Of a stretch of DNA of 32,238 bases, positions 21,087-32,238 are shown piece after piece. The stretch is from Lama guanicoe (taxonomy: Eukaryota). The stretch is from positions 582,879 to 615,116 of the forward strand of contig MU054204.1 of NCBI GenBank assembly GCA_013239625.1, written 5' to 3'. The translations under genes and the position numbers were made by a program. Within the stretch, counting starts at the first letter, position 1. Each line of letters starts with the position of its first letter. Below the pieces are notes generated by a model. That model saw nothing but the letters and a program-made list of their open reading frames with translations, was not told the DNA's origin and made no database searches.

Positions 21087-23430
21087 ATTTTTTCTTCAAG
21101 TTTTATATGTTTCCAATTATAATTGACATATAGCACTGTATAATATTAAGGTGTACAGAATAATGATTACACTTACATACATCATGACATGATTGTCAAA
21201 ATAAGTTTAGTGAGCATCCATCATCTCATATAGATACAAAATTAAAGAAATAGAAAAGATTATTTTCCTCATAATGAGAACACTTAGGATTTACCTTCTT
21301 AACAACATTCAGGTATAACATACAGCAGTGTTAATTATATTTATCATGTGTACGTTATATCCCTAGTACTTATTTATTTTGTAACTGGAAGTTTGTACCT
21401 TTTGACTGCCTTCAGTTACCTCTGGTAACTACAAATCTGATCTCTTTTTCTATGAGGTTGTTTGTTTGTTGTTTTTGAAGTATAATGACCTACAATACTA
21501 TGTTATTTCCTGTTACACTACATAGTGATTCAATATTTCTATATATTTCAAAATGATCACCACAATAAGTATAGCTACAATATGTCGCTATACAAAGATG
21601 TGACATAGTTGTTGACTATATTCCCCACACCATTTCATACCCATGACTCACTTATTTTTGCAACCAGAAGTTTGTACCTCTTAATCTCCTTCACCTAATT
21701 CTTTCCTCCACCCATCACCCCTTCTTTCTGGCAACGACCTGTTTGTTCCCAATAGCTATAACTCCATTTCTGTTTTGTTATGTTTGTTCATTTGTTTTCT
21801 TTTTAGGTTCCCCATATAAGTGCAATCATTACAGTATTTGTCTTTTACTGTCTGACTTATTTCACTTAGCATAATACCCCATAGGTCCATCCATGATATC
21901 ATAAATGGCAAGATTTCATTCTTTTTAATGGCTGAATAATAATCCACTGTATATCTATATCACATGTTCTTTATCTGTTTATCTATGGATAGGCAACTTA
22001 GGTTGCTTTCATATCTGGGATATTGTAAATAATGCTGCAGTGAACTTGGAGATACATATGCCTTTTCTGATTAGCATTTTTGTTTTCTTCAGATAAATAC
22101 CCAGGAGGGGAAAGGCTGGATCATGTGGGAGTTCTATTTTTAATATTTTTAGGAATATTCATAGTGTTTTCCATAGTAGCTGCACCAATGTACATTCCCA
22201 CCTACAGTGCACTGGGATTCCCTTTTCTCAACATCCTCGCAAACACCTGTTATGTGTTGTCTTTTTGATAAAAGCCATAATGATAAATGTTAGGAGATAT
22301 TTCACTGTGGTGTTTACTTGCATTTCCATGATGATTAGTGATGTTGAGCATATTTTCATGTTGGTGTTGGCCATCTGTATGTTTTCTTTGGAAAAATGTC
22401 TATTCAGGTCTCTTGCCCATTTTTAAATCAGAGTCTTTGTTTTTATGGTGTTGACTTGTATGAGTTCTCTGTATATTTTGGGTATCAAACCCTTATTAGA
22501 TATATCATTTGCAAATATTTTCTACCATTCAGTAGGTGGTCTTTTCATTTTGTTGATAGTATCCCTCACAGTGCAAAAGCTTTGTAATTTCATGTTGTCC
22601 CATTTGTTTACTGTTGCTTTTGATTCCTTTGCCTGAGCAGACATATACAAAAAAATAATAATACTAAGAGCAACATCAAAGAGTTTACAGCCTATGTTTA
22701 TGTCTAGAAGTTTTGTGGTTTCAGGTCTTACATTCTAAGGCTTTGATCAATTTTGAATTTATTTTCTGCATGATGTGAAAGAGTAGTCCAGTTTGATTAT
22801 TTTGCATGTACCTGCAAAGGTTACCCAATACCATTTATTGAACAGGCTGTCTTTTCCCCATTGTATATTCTTGTCTCCTTTGTCACAGATTAATTGCAAA
22901 AAAAATGTGCATTCATTTCTGGGCACTCTGCTCTGTTCCATTGATATATGGCTTTTTGTACCAGTACCAATCTGTTTTAATTACTGTAGCTTTGCAGTAC
23001 AGTTTGAAATCATGGAGGGTGATACCTCCAGCTCTGTTCTTTTTCAAGATTGTTGTGGCTATTTTGGGTCTCTGTGTTTCCACAAATTTTAGAATTATTT
23101 ATTTTAGTCTGCAAAAAAGGACTTTGTCATTTTGATAAGGATTGCACTGAATTTGTAGATTGCCTTGTGTATTATGGTCATTTTAACTATATTAATTCTT
23201 CCAACCCATGGTAGATCTTTCTATCTGTGTTATCTTCAGTTTCCTTCATCAGTGTCTTATAGTTTTCCAAGTGAAGGTCTCAATTTGTTAATGTGGTGTG
23301 TCACATTGATTGATTTGTAGATATTGAATCATCCTTACATCCCTGGGATAAATACAACTTGATCATGGTGTATGATCCTTTTAATAATGCATTGTTGAAT
23401 TGAGTTTGCTAATATTTTATTGAGGATTTT
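21087..23430 (-). mobile_element. Antisense L1 (long 3'UTR, ORF2 C-terminal part, and an RT piece after an internal deletion at ~23280)
   Basis: Minus ORFs MDYYSAIKKNEILPF..W.DL..IMLSEISQ and [22 protein letters not shown]. 23281-23430 is the reverse complement of the KILNKILAN...HINK region. Confidence 0.92.
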
Positions 23431-23440
23431 AAAAATATTT

Positions 23441-23856
23441 AACAACTTTATTGAGACATAATTCACATGCCACATAATTCACCCATTTAAAGTGTACATT
23501 CAGTTCTTTTTAGTATATCACAGTTTTGTTCAGTCATCACCACAATCAATTTTAAAACATTATCATCACCCCGAAAAGAAACCACGTATCCATTGGCAAT
23601 CACTTCCCAGGACCCCTCCTTCCAAGCTCTGGCAACCACTAATCTACATTTTGTCTCAGGATTTGCCTATTCTGGACAATTCATATAAATGAAATAATAC
23701 AGTAGTGGCCTTTTGTGACTGCTGCTTTCATTTAACTTAATGTTTTCAAGGTTCAGCCTTGTTATAAAAATGAATGTAGTACTTTACTCATTTTTATGGC
23801 TGAATAGTATTCCATTCTAAGAGTTTCAATTTCTTCACATTGTCATCAATGCATTT
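23441..23856 (-). mobile_element. Ancient L1 (L1MB-like) 3'-end fragment
   Basis: ctttattgagacataattcacatgcca...aattcacccatttaaagtgtacattca...ggcaaccactaatctac...gatttgcctattctggaca..tcatataaatg, characteristic of L1MB 3'UTRs. Confidence 0.8.
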
Positions 23857-23859
23857 TAC

Positions 23860-26800
23860 AGCATTTCTTTTGTTTTGTTGCCTTTTTAAATTTAAGTATA
23901 GTTGATTTACAATATTACATTAATTTCAGAAGGATTATTTGACTTTTTTGCAGGTTATATTCCATTATAGGTTATTATAATAATATCCAAGATATGGGAT
24001 ATAATCCCCTGTGCTATATAATAAATTTTTGTTGCTTATCTACCTTAAATATAGTAGTTTGTATCTGTTAAACCTATACTCTTAATTTGTTCCTCCCCTA
24101 CTTCCTCTCCCCTTTAATAACCATAAGTTTTCTATGTCTGTGAGTCTGCTTCTGTTTTGTATATAGATTCATGTGTATTATTTTTAGATTCCACACAAAA
24201 GTAATATCATATAGTATTTGTCTTTCTGACTTCTTTCACTAGACATAATATTCTCTAGGTCTGTCCATGTAGCTCCAAATGGCAAGATTTCATTCTTTTT
24301 TATGGCTGAGTGATATTCCATTGTGTATATATATCACACCTTCTTAAGCCAATCATCTGTTGGTGGGCACATGGGTTGCTTCCATGTCTTGGCTATTGTA
24401 AATAGTGCTGCTATGAACTTTGGGGTTCATGTATCTTTTCAAATTGAGAGTTTTTGCTTTTTCCAGATATATACCCAGAAGTAGAATTGCTGGATCAAAT
24501 GGTAGTTCTAGTTTTAGTTTTTTAAGGAAACTCCATATTGTTTTCTATAATGACTGTACCCATTTACATTCCCACCAACACTGTAGGAGGGTTCCCTTTT
24601 CTCTACATCCTCTTCAGCATCTATTATTTGTAAACCTCTTGATGATAGCCATTTTGACTGGTGTGAAGAGATACCTTACTGTGGTTTTGATCTGCATTTC
24701 TCTGATGATTAGCAACGTTGAGAATTTTTCATATGCCTATTGGCCATCTGTATGTCTTTTTTGGTAAAATGTGTATTCAGGTCTTCTCCCCATTTTTTTG
24801 ATTGGGTTGTTTGTGTTTTTGATATTGAGTTATATGGGCTGTTTGTACATATTGGATATTAATCCCTTATCAGTCCTACATTTGCCAATATTTTCTCCCA
24901 TTCCGTAGGTTGTCTTTTCATTTTGTTGATTATTTCCTTTGTTGTGCAAAAGCTTTTAAGTTTGATTATGTCCCATTTGTTTATTTTTCCTACTATTTAT
25001 TTTGCCTTGGGAGACTGATCTAAGAAAATATTTCTATGATTTAGGTCAAAGAATATTTTGCCTATTTTCTCATCTAGGAGTTTTATGGTGTCAGATCTTA
25101 CATTTAGGTCTTTAAACCATTTTGAGTTTATTTTTGTATATGGTTTGAGGGAATATTCTAATTTCATTGTTTTACGTGTAGCTACACAGTTTTCCCAGCA
25201 CCACTTGTTGAAGAGAAACTCTTTTCTCCATAGTTTATTCTTGCCTCCTTTGTTATAGATTAATTGACCATAAGTGTGTGGGGTTATTTCTGGGCTCTCT
25301 ATTCTGTTCCATTGATGTATGTGTCTATTTTTGTGCCAATACCATTGTTTTTTTTTAATTGAAGTATAGTCACTTTACAATGTGTCAATTTCTGGTATAG
25401 AGCATAATGTTTCCATCATATATATACATACATATATTCTTTTTCATTATAGGTTACTAACAAGATATTGACTATAGTTCCCTGTGCTACATAGAAGAAA
25501 CTTATTGTTTATCTATTTTATATATAGTAGCTAATATTTTCAAATCTCAATCTCCCAATTTATCTCTTCCCACCTCCTTTCCCCCGGTAACTGTAAGTTT
25601 GTTTATTGTATCTGTGAGTCTGTTTGTTTTGTAGATAAGTTCATTAGTATTTTCTTTTTTCTTTTTTTAAATTCCACATATGAGTGATGTTATATGGTAT
25701 TTTTCTTTCTCTTTCTGGCTTACTTCACTTAAAATGATGATCTCCAGTTCCATCCATGTTGCTACAAATGGCATTATTGTATTCTTTTTATGACCGAGTA
25801 GTATTCAATTGTATAAATATATCACAACTTCCTGATCCAGTCATCTGTCGATGGACATTTAGGTTGTTTCCCTATCTTGGCTATTGTAAATAGTGCTGCT
25901 ATGAACACTGGGGTGCATATATCTTTTCAAATTAGAGTTTCCCCTGGATATATGCCCAGGAGTGGGGTTGCTGTATTATATGATACGTCAATTTTTAGTC
26001 TTTTCAGGAATCTCCACACTGTTTTCCGTAACGGCTTCACCAAACTACATTCCCACCAACAGTGTAGGAGGGTTCCTTTTCTCCACATCCTCTCCAGCAT
26101 TTATAATTTGTAGACTTTTTAATGATGGCCAGTCTGATTGGTGTGAGGTGATACCTCACTGTAGTTTTGATTTGCATTTCTCTGATACTTAGTGATATTG
26201 AGCATTTTTTCATGTGCTTATTGACCATTTGTATGTCTTCATTCGAGAATTGATTGTTTAGGTCTTCTGCCCATTTTTTGATTGGATTGTTTGGTTTTTG
26301 TTATTAAGCTGTATGAACTGTTTATATATTCGGGAATTTAAACCTTTGTCACTCACATTATTTCCAAATATTTCCTCCCATTCTGTAGGTTGTCATTTTG
26401 TTTTGCTTATAGTTTCCTTTGTGTGCAAAAGCTTACAAGTTTAATTAGGTCCCATTTGTTTATTTTTGCTTTTGTTTCTACTGCCTAGGTAGACTGCCCT
26501 AGGAGAGCATTGCTAGGATTTATGTCAGATAATGTTTTGCCTATGTTTTCTTCTAGGAGGTTTATAGTGTCTTCTCTTATATTTGCGTCTTTAAGCCATT
26601 TTGAGTTTATTTTTGTATATCATGTGAGGGAATGTCCTAACTTCATTGATTTACATGCTGCTGTTCAGTTTTCCCAACATGTTGCCCAAGAGACTGTCTT
26701 TTCTCCATTGTATATTCTTGCCCCCTTTGTCAAAGATTAACTGATCGTAAGTCTCTGGGGTTTTATCTGGGCTCTCTATTCTGTTCCATTGGTCCATATG

Positions 26801-29800
26801 TCTGTTTTTGTGCCAACACCACATTATTTTGATTACTGTAGCTCTATAGTATTGTCTGAAGTCTGGGAGGGTATTCCTCCAGCTTCATTTTTTTTTCTTC
26901 AGTATTGCTTTGGCAATTCTGGGTATTCTGTGATTCTGTATAAATTTCAGGATTATTTGTTCTGGTTCTATGAAAAATGTCCCGGGTAATTTGATAGAGA
27001 TCACATTCAATCTGTAGACTGCTTTGGGTAGTATGGCCATTTTAACAATATTGATTCTTCCAACCCAAGAGCATGGGATATCTTTCCATTTCTTTAAGTC
27101 ATCTTGAATTTCCTTAACCAGTGTTTTGTAGTTCTCCATGTACAAGTCTTTCACCTCCTTGGTCAGATTTCTTCCTGAGTTATTTTTTTGGATGTGATTT
27201 TAAAAGGGATTGTTTCTTTAATTTCTTTTTCTGATATTTCATTTTTAGTGTAAATAAATGCAACTGATTTCTGTATGTTAATTTTGTATCCTGCTGCCTT
27301 GCCAAATTCTTTTATCAGCTCTAGTAGTTTTTGTATGGAGCTCAATATCACTGTTTTGATTACTATAGCCTTATAATATAGTCTGAAGACTGGAAGGGTT
27401 ATACCTCCAGCTTTATTCTTTTTTCTCAGAATTTTTTGGCAATTCTGGGTCTTTTATGGTTCTATATATGTTTTAGGATTATTTGTTCTGGTTCTGTGAA
27501 AAATGTCATAGATATTTTGATAGAGATTGCATTAAATCAGTAGATAGTTTGGGTATTATGGCCATTTTGACAATATTAGTTCATCTATTCCAAGAGCAAG
27601 TAATATCTTTCCATTTCTTTGAAGCATATTCAATTTCCTTTATCAAAATGTTATAGTTTTCAGACTATAGGTCTTTCACCTCCTTGCTTAACTCTATTCC
27701 TGTATGTATTTTTGATGTAACTTTAAATGAGATTTATTTTTACTTTATCTTTCTGCTGTTTCATTATTAGTGTCTGGAAATACAACAGATTTCTGTATTT
27801 AATCTTATATCCTGGTACCTTGCTGAAATCATTTATTAGTTCTAGTAGGTTTTGTGTGGCAACTTTTGTATTCTTTATATAGAGTATCATGTCATCTGCA
27901 GATAGTAACATTTTTACCTTCCTTTCCAATATGGATACCTTTTCTTCCTTTTTTTTTATCTCATTACTGTGGCCAGGATTTAGTATATGCTAAATAGAAG
28001 TGGTGAGAGTGGGCATCTTTGTCTTATTTCTGAATTTAATGGGAAGGCTTTTAGCTTTTCTCCGTTGAGTATTACATTCACTGTGGCTTATTGTAATGGC
28101 CTTTATTATATTGAGATATGCTCCCTCTATACCTACTTTGATGAGAATTGTTTTGTTGAATTTTGTCAAATGCTTTTTATGCATCTATTGAAATGATCAC
28201 GTGATTTTTGTCTTTCTTTTTGTTAATGTGCTGTATCACATTGATTTGCATATGTTGAACCATCCTTGCGACCCTGGAATGAATCCAACTTTATCATGGT
28301 GTATGATCCTTTTTATATATTGTCAGATTCAGTTGGCTCATATTTTGTTGAGGATTTTTACATCTACATTCATCAAAGATATTGGCCTGTGATTTTCTTT
28401 TTTTGTAGTGTTTTTGTCTGGTTTTGGTATCAGGGTAATGGTGGTCTTGTAGAATGAATTTGGGAGTGTTCCCTCTTCTTCAATTTTTTTGGAATAGTTT
28501 AAGAAATGAGTGTTAACTCTTCTCTAAATGTTTGATAGAATTCACTTGTGAAGCCATCTGGTCCTGGCCTTTTTTTTCTTGAGAGTTCTTTTATTACTGA
28601 TTTAACTTCATTACTAGTAATTGGTCTGTTCATATATTCTGTTTCTTCTGGGTTCAATCTTGGGAGATGACACAGTTCTAGGAATTTGTCTCTTTCTTCT
28701 ACATTGTCCATTTTATTGTCATATAATTGTTCATAGGAATCTCTTATGATTCTTGATATTTCTGTGGTACCAGTTGTAAATTCTCCTATTTCATATCTGA
28801 GTTTATCTATTTGGGCTGTCTCCCTTTTTTTCTTGATAAGCCTGGCTAAAGTTTATCAATTTTACCTTTTCAAAGAACCAGATCTTAGCTTCATTGATCT
28901 TTTCCATTTTTTAGTCTCTATTTCATTTATATATTCTTTGATCTTTTTCATTTATTTCCTTCTACAAACTTTGGATGGTGTTTGTTCTCTTTTTCTAGTT
29001 CCTTTAGATGTAAGGTTAAGTTGCTTATATGAGATTTTTTTTGTTCCCTGGGGTAGCCTTGTTTCACTATAAACCTCCCCTCAGAACTTCTTTTGCTGAA
29101 TCCCATAGATTTTGGATCATTATGTTTTCATTTTCATTTTTCTCCAGGTATTTTTTTATTTTCTCTTTTATTTCTTCAGTGATCCACTCATTGTTTAGTA
29201 GCCAAATGTTTAGCTTCCACTTGTTTCTGTATTTCAGTTTTTTCTTTTAATTGATTTCTAGTCTCATACATTGTGGTCAGAAAAGATATTTGATATAATT
29301 TCAATTTTCTTAAATTTAGTGAGACTTCTTTTGCAGCCTAGTAAGGGATCTAGTCCCGAGAACTTTACATGTACACTTGAAAATAATTTATATTCTGCTG
29401 CTATTGAATGGAGTTTTCTATACATAACAATTAAGTCCATTTCATCTGATGTGTTAAGGACAGTGTTTCCTTATTGATTTTCTATCTGAATGACCTGTCC
29501 ATTGATGTAACTGGGTTGTTAGTCTCCCTTCCTATTATTGTGTTACTATAAATTTCTGCTTTTATTTCTGTTAATATTTCCTTTATGTATTTATTTGCTC
29601 CTATGCTGGGTGTGTGTATATTTCAATTGTTATATCTTCTTGGATTGATCCCTATATCATTATGTAATGTCCCTCTTTGGCTCTTGATACAGTCTTTGTT
29701 GTAAACTCTATTTTGTCTGATATAAGTATTGCTACCCTGGCTTTCTTTTAGTTACCATTTGCATTGAATATCCTTTTCCCTCCTCTCACTTTCACTCTGT

Positions 29801-31050
29801 GTGTGTCTTTAGATCTAAAATGAGTTTCTTATAAGCAGAATATATGTGGACCTTGTTTTTGTATCCTTTCAGCTACTCTGCGTATTCTGATTGTAACAGT
29901 CCATTTACATATAAAGTGATTGTTGATAGGTATGTACTTAGAACTATTTTGTTAATTGTTTTAGAGTTGTTTTTTGTAGTTATTTTTATTCCTTCTATTT
30001 TTTGCTAGTTTCCTTTGTGATCTGAAGTATCCTTAGTGCTATATTTGGATTCCTTTCTCTTTTTTGTATATTCATCTATTTTAGATTTTTGGTTTGAGGA
30101 TACCATGAGGTTTAAATGTAGAGTTTCTGATCTCTTAAGCTCAAATGCATTTTAACAACCCTGCATCCCCACTTCAAGTTTGCTGTTTTTGAAATCATAT
30201 TTTACATCTTTTTGTTTTGTGTAGTCCTTACCTGCTTATTGCAGATTATAGATGATTCTTTCTACTTTTGTCTCTTAATCTTCCTACTAGCTTTATACAT
30301 TATTGATTTACTAGCTTTACTATATATTTGCCTTTACCAAAGATATTTTTTTTCTTTTGTGATTTTCATATCTCTAGTTGTGGTCTTTTCTTTTCTGCTT
30401 ACAAAAGTCCCTTCAACATTTCTTGTAAAAGTAGTTTGGTGATGCTTAACTCTTTAGCTTTTGCTTGTCTGTAACCCTTTGATCTCTCCATCAAATCTGA
30501 ATGAGATCCTGGCAAGGTGAAATATCCTTTGTTGTAGGTTTCCACTTCTGATTACTTTAAACATATTGTACCACTTCCTTCTGGCCTGCAGGGTTTCTGC
30601 CAAAAAATCAGCTGACAGCCTTATGGGAGTTCCCTTGTATATAACTTGTTGCTTTTCCCTTGCTGCTTTTAATATTTCCTCTTATCTTTAATTTTTCCAT
30701 TTTAATAAAATGTGTCTTAGAGTGGCCCTCTTTGAGTTGATCTTGTTTGGGACTCTTTGTGAATCCTGGACTTAGATGTTTCTTTCCTTTCCCAGGTTAG
30801 GAAATTTTTCAGCTATTATGTCTTCAAATGTGTTCTCTGCCCCTTTCTCTCTCTTTTTTCCTTCTGAGACATCTATGATGCAAATGTTACTACACTTAAT
30901 GTTGTTTAGATGTTTATTAAACTATCCTCATTTCTTTTTATTCTTTTTCCTTTTTTCTTGACAGCTTCAGTAATTTTTACTACTCTGTCTTCCAGCTTGC
31001 TGATCCATTCCTGTGTACCACTAAATAGACTACTGATTCCTTCTAGTGTA
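23860..31050 (-). mobile_element. Long antisense L1 (3'UTR, ORF2, inter-ORF region, part of ORF1), interrupted at ~25352-27342 and cut at ~31050 by younger L1s
   Basis: Collinear ORF2 remnants: LLSADDMILYI (27723-27929), LPRLNPEETEYMNRPITSNE..PGPDGF (28499-28711), EN region ~29000-29870. ORF1 remnant ~30400-31050 resembles the reverse complement of 18500-19147. Confidence 0.93.
25352..27342 (-). mobile_element. Younger ~2 kb 5'-truncated L1 nested in L1 ORF2
   Basis: Poly(T) on the left. ORFs [24 protein letters not shown] and [38 protein letters not shown] caataccattgtttt (25337-25351) / caatatcactgtttt (27343-27357). Confidence 0.93.
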
Positions 31051-32238
31051 TTTTTTAAACATTTTTATTGATTTATAATCATTTTACAATGTTGTATCAA
31101 ATTCCAGTGTACAGCACAATTTTTCAGTTATACATTAACATATATATATTCATTGTCACATTTTTTTCTCTGTGAGCTACCATTTGATATTGTATATATT
31201 TCCCTGTGCTATACAGTGTAATCTTGTTTATCTGTTCTACAATTTTGAAATCCCAGTCTATCCCTTCCCAACCTCTACCCCGCCCCCCCCCCGGTAACCA
31301 CAAGTCTGTATTCTCTGTCCATGAGTCTATTTCTGTCCTGTATCTATGCTTTCTTTTTGTTTGTTTGTTTGTTTTTGTTTTTTAGATTCCACATATGAGT
31401 GATCTCATATGGTATTTTTCTTTCTCTTTCTGGCTTGCTTCACTTAGAATGACATTCTCCAGGAGCATCCATATTGTTGCAAATGGCGTTATGTTGTCGG
31501 TTTTTATGGCTGAGTAGTATTCCATTGTATAAATACATCACCATTTCTTTATCCAGTCATCTGTTGATGGACATTTAGGCTGTCTCCATGTCTTTGGTAT
31601 TGTAAATAGTGCTGCTATGAACATTGGGGTGCAGGTGTCATCCTGAAGTAGGGGTCCTTCTGGCTATATGCCCAGGAGCAGGATTCCTGGGTCATACAGT
31701 TAAGTCTATTCCTGGTCTTTTGAGGAATCTCCACACCGTTTTCCACAGTGGCTGCACCAAACTGCATTCTCACCAGCAGTGTAGGTGGGTTCACCTTTCT
31801 CCACAGCCTCTCCAGCATTTGTCATTTGTGGATTTTTGAATGACGGCCATTCTGACTGGTGTGAGGTGATACCTCATTGTAGTTTTGATTTGCATTTCTC
31901 TGATAATTAATGATGTTCAGCATTTTTTCATGTGCCTATTGATAATTTGTATGTCTTCCTTGGAGAATTGCTTGTTTAGGTCTTTTGCCCATTTTTGGAT
32001 TGGGTTGTTTGGTTGTTTCTTAGTAAGTTGTATGATCTACTTATATATTCTGGAGATCAAACCTTTGTGGGTTTCATTTTCAAAGATTTTCTCCGATTCC
32101 GTAGGTTGTCTTTTTGTTTTACTTACGGTTTCCTTTGCTGTGCAGAAGCTTGTAAGTTTCATTAGGTCCCATTTGTTTATTTTTGCTTTTACATCTATTG
32201 CTTGGGTAGACTGCCCTAGGAGAACATTTTTGAGATGT
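31051..32238 (-). mobile_element. Young lineage-specific L1 3' portion, runs off the window
   Basis: Same 3'UTR type as 337-564 and 10880-11200, followed by the ORF2 C-terminal region. Starts abruptly with a T-tract inside ORF1 of the host L1. Confidence 0.93.

Noticed and set aside
1..32238. A novel multi-gene, reverse-transcriptase-based or CRISPR-like system
   Set aside because: All RT and endonuclease fragments are disrupted L1 ORF2. There is no repeat-spacer array, operon or intact unknown ORF.

Overview
Mammalian genomic DNA, about three quarters LINE-1. A camelid is my best guess, from the young L1 3'UTRs and the absence of Alu, B1, Bov-tA and PRE-1 SINEs. The only host coding sequence I can support is three consecutive + strand exons of DGKK (diacylglycerol kinase kappa, X-linked in other mammals) at 8912-9047, 9531-9637 and 9963-10088. 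They encode all of C1A and most of C1B. The rest is intron: nested and fragmented L1s of several ages, an RPL18 processed pseudogene inside an L1 5'UTR, a MER20 split by a 5.4 kb L1, and MIR, L2, MLT1 and MER94 relics. The supplied ORF track is L1 debris, RPL18 fragments or chance ORFs and misses the real exons. I see no convincing new biological system. The most interesting items are a TSD-flanked chimeric retro-insertion with an unidentified 5' segment, a >22 kb intron splitting a zinc finger, reconstructable nested insertions, an ORF1-ORF2 fusion deletion and repair-like scars. Repeat family names and human comparisons are from memory, and repeat boundaries are approximate.
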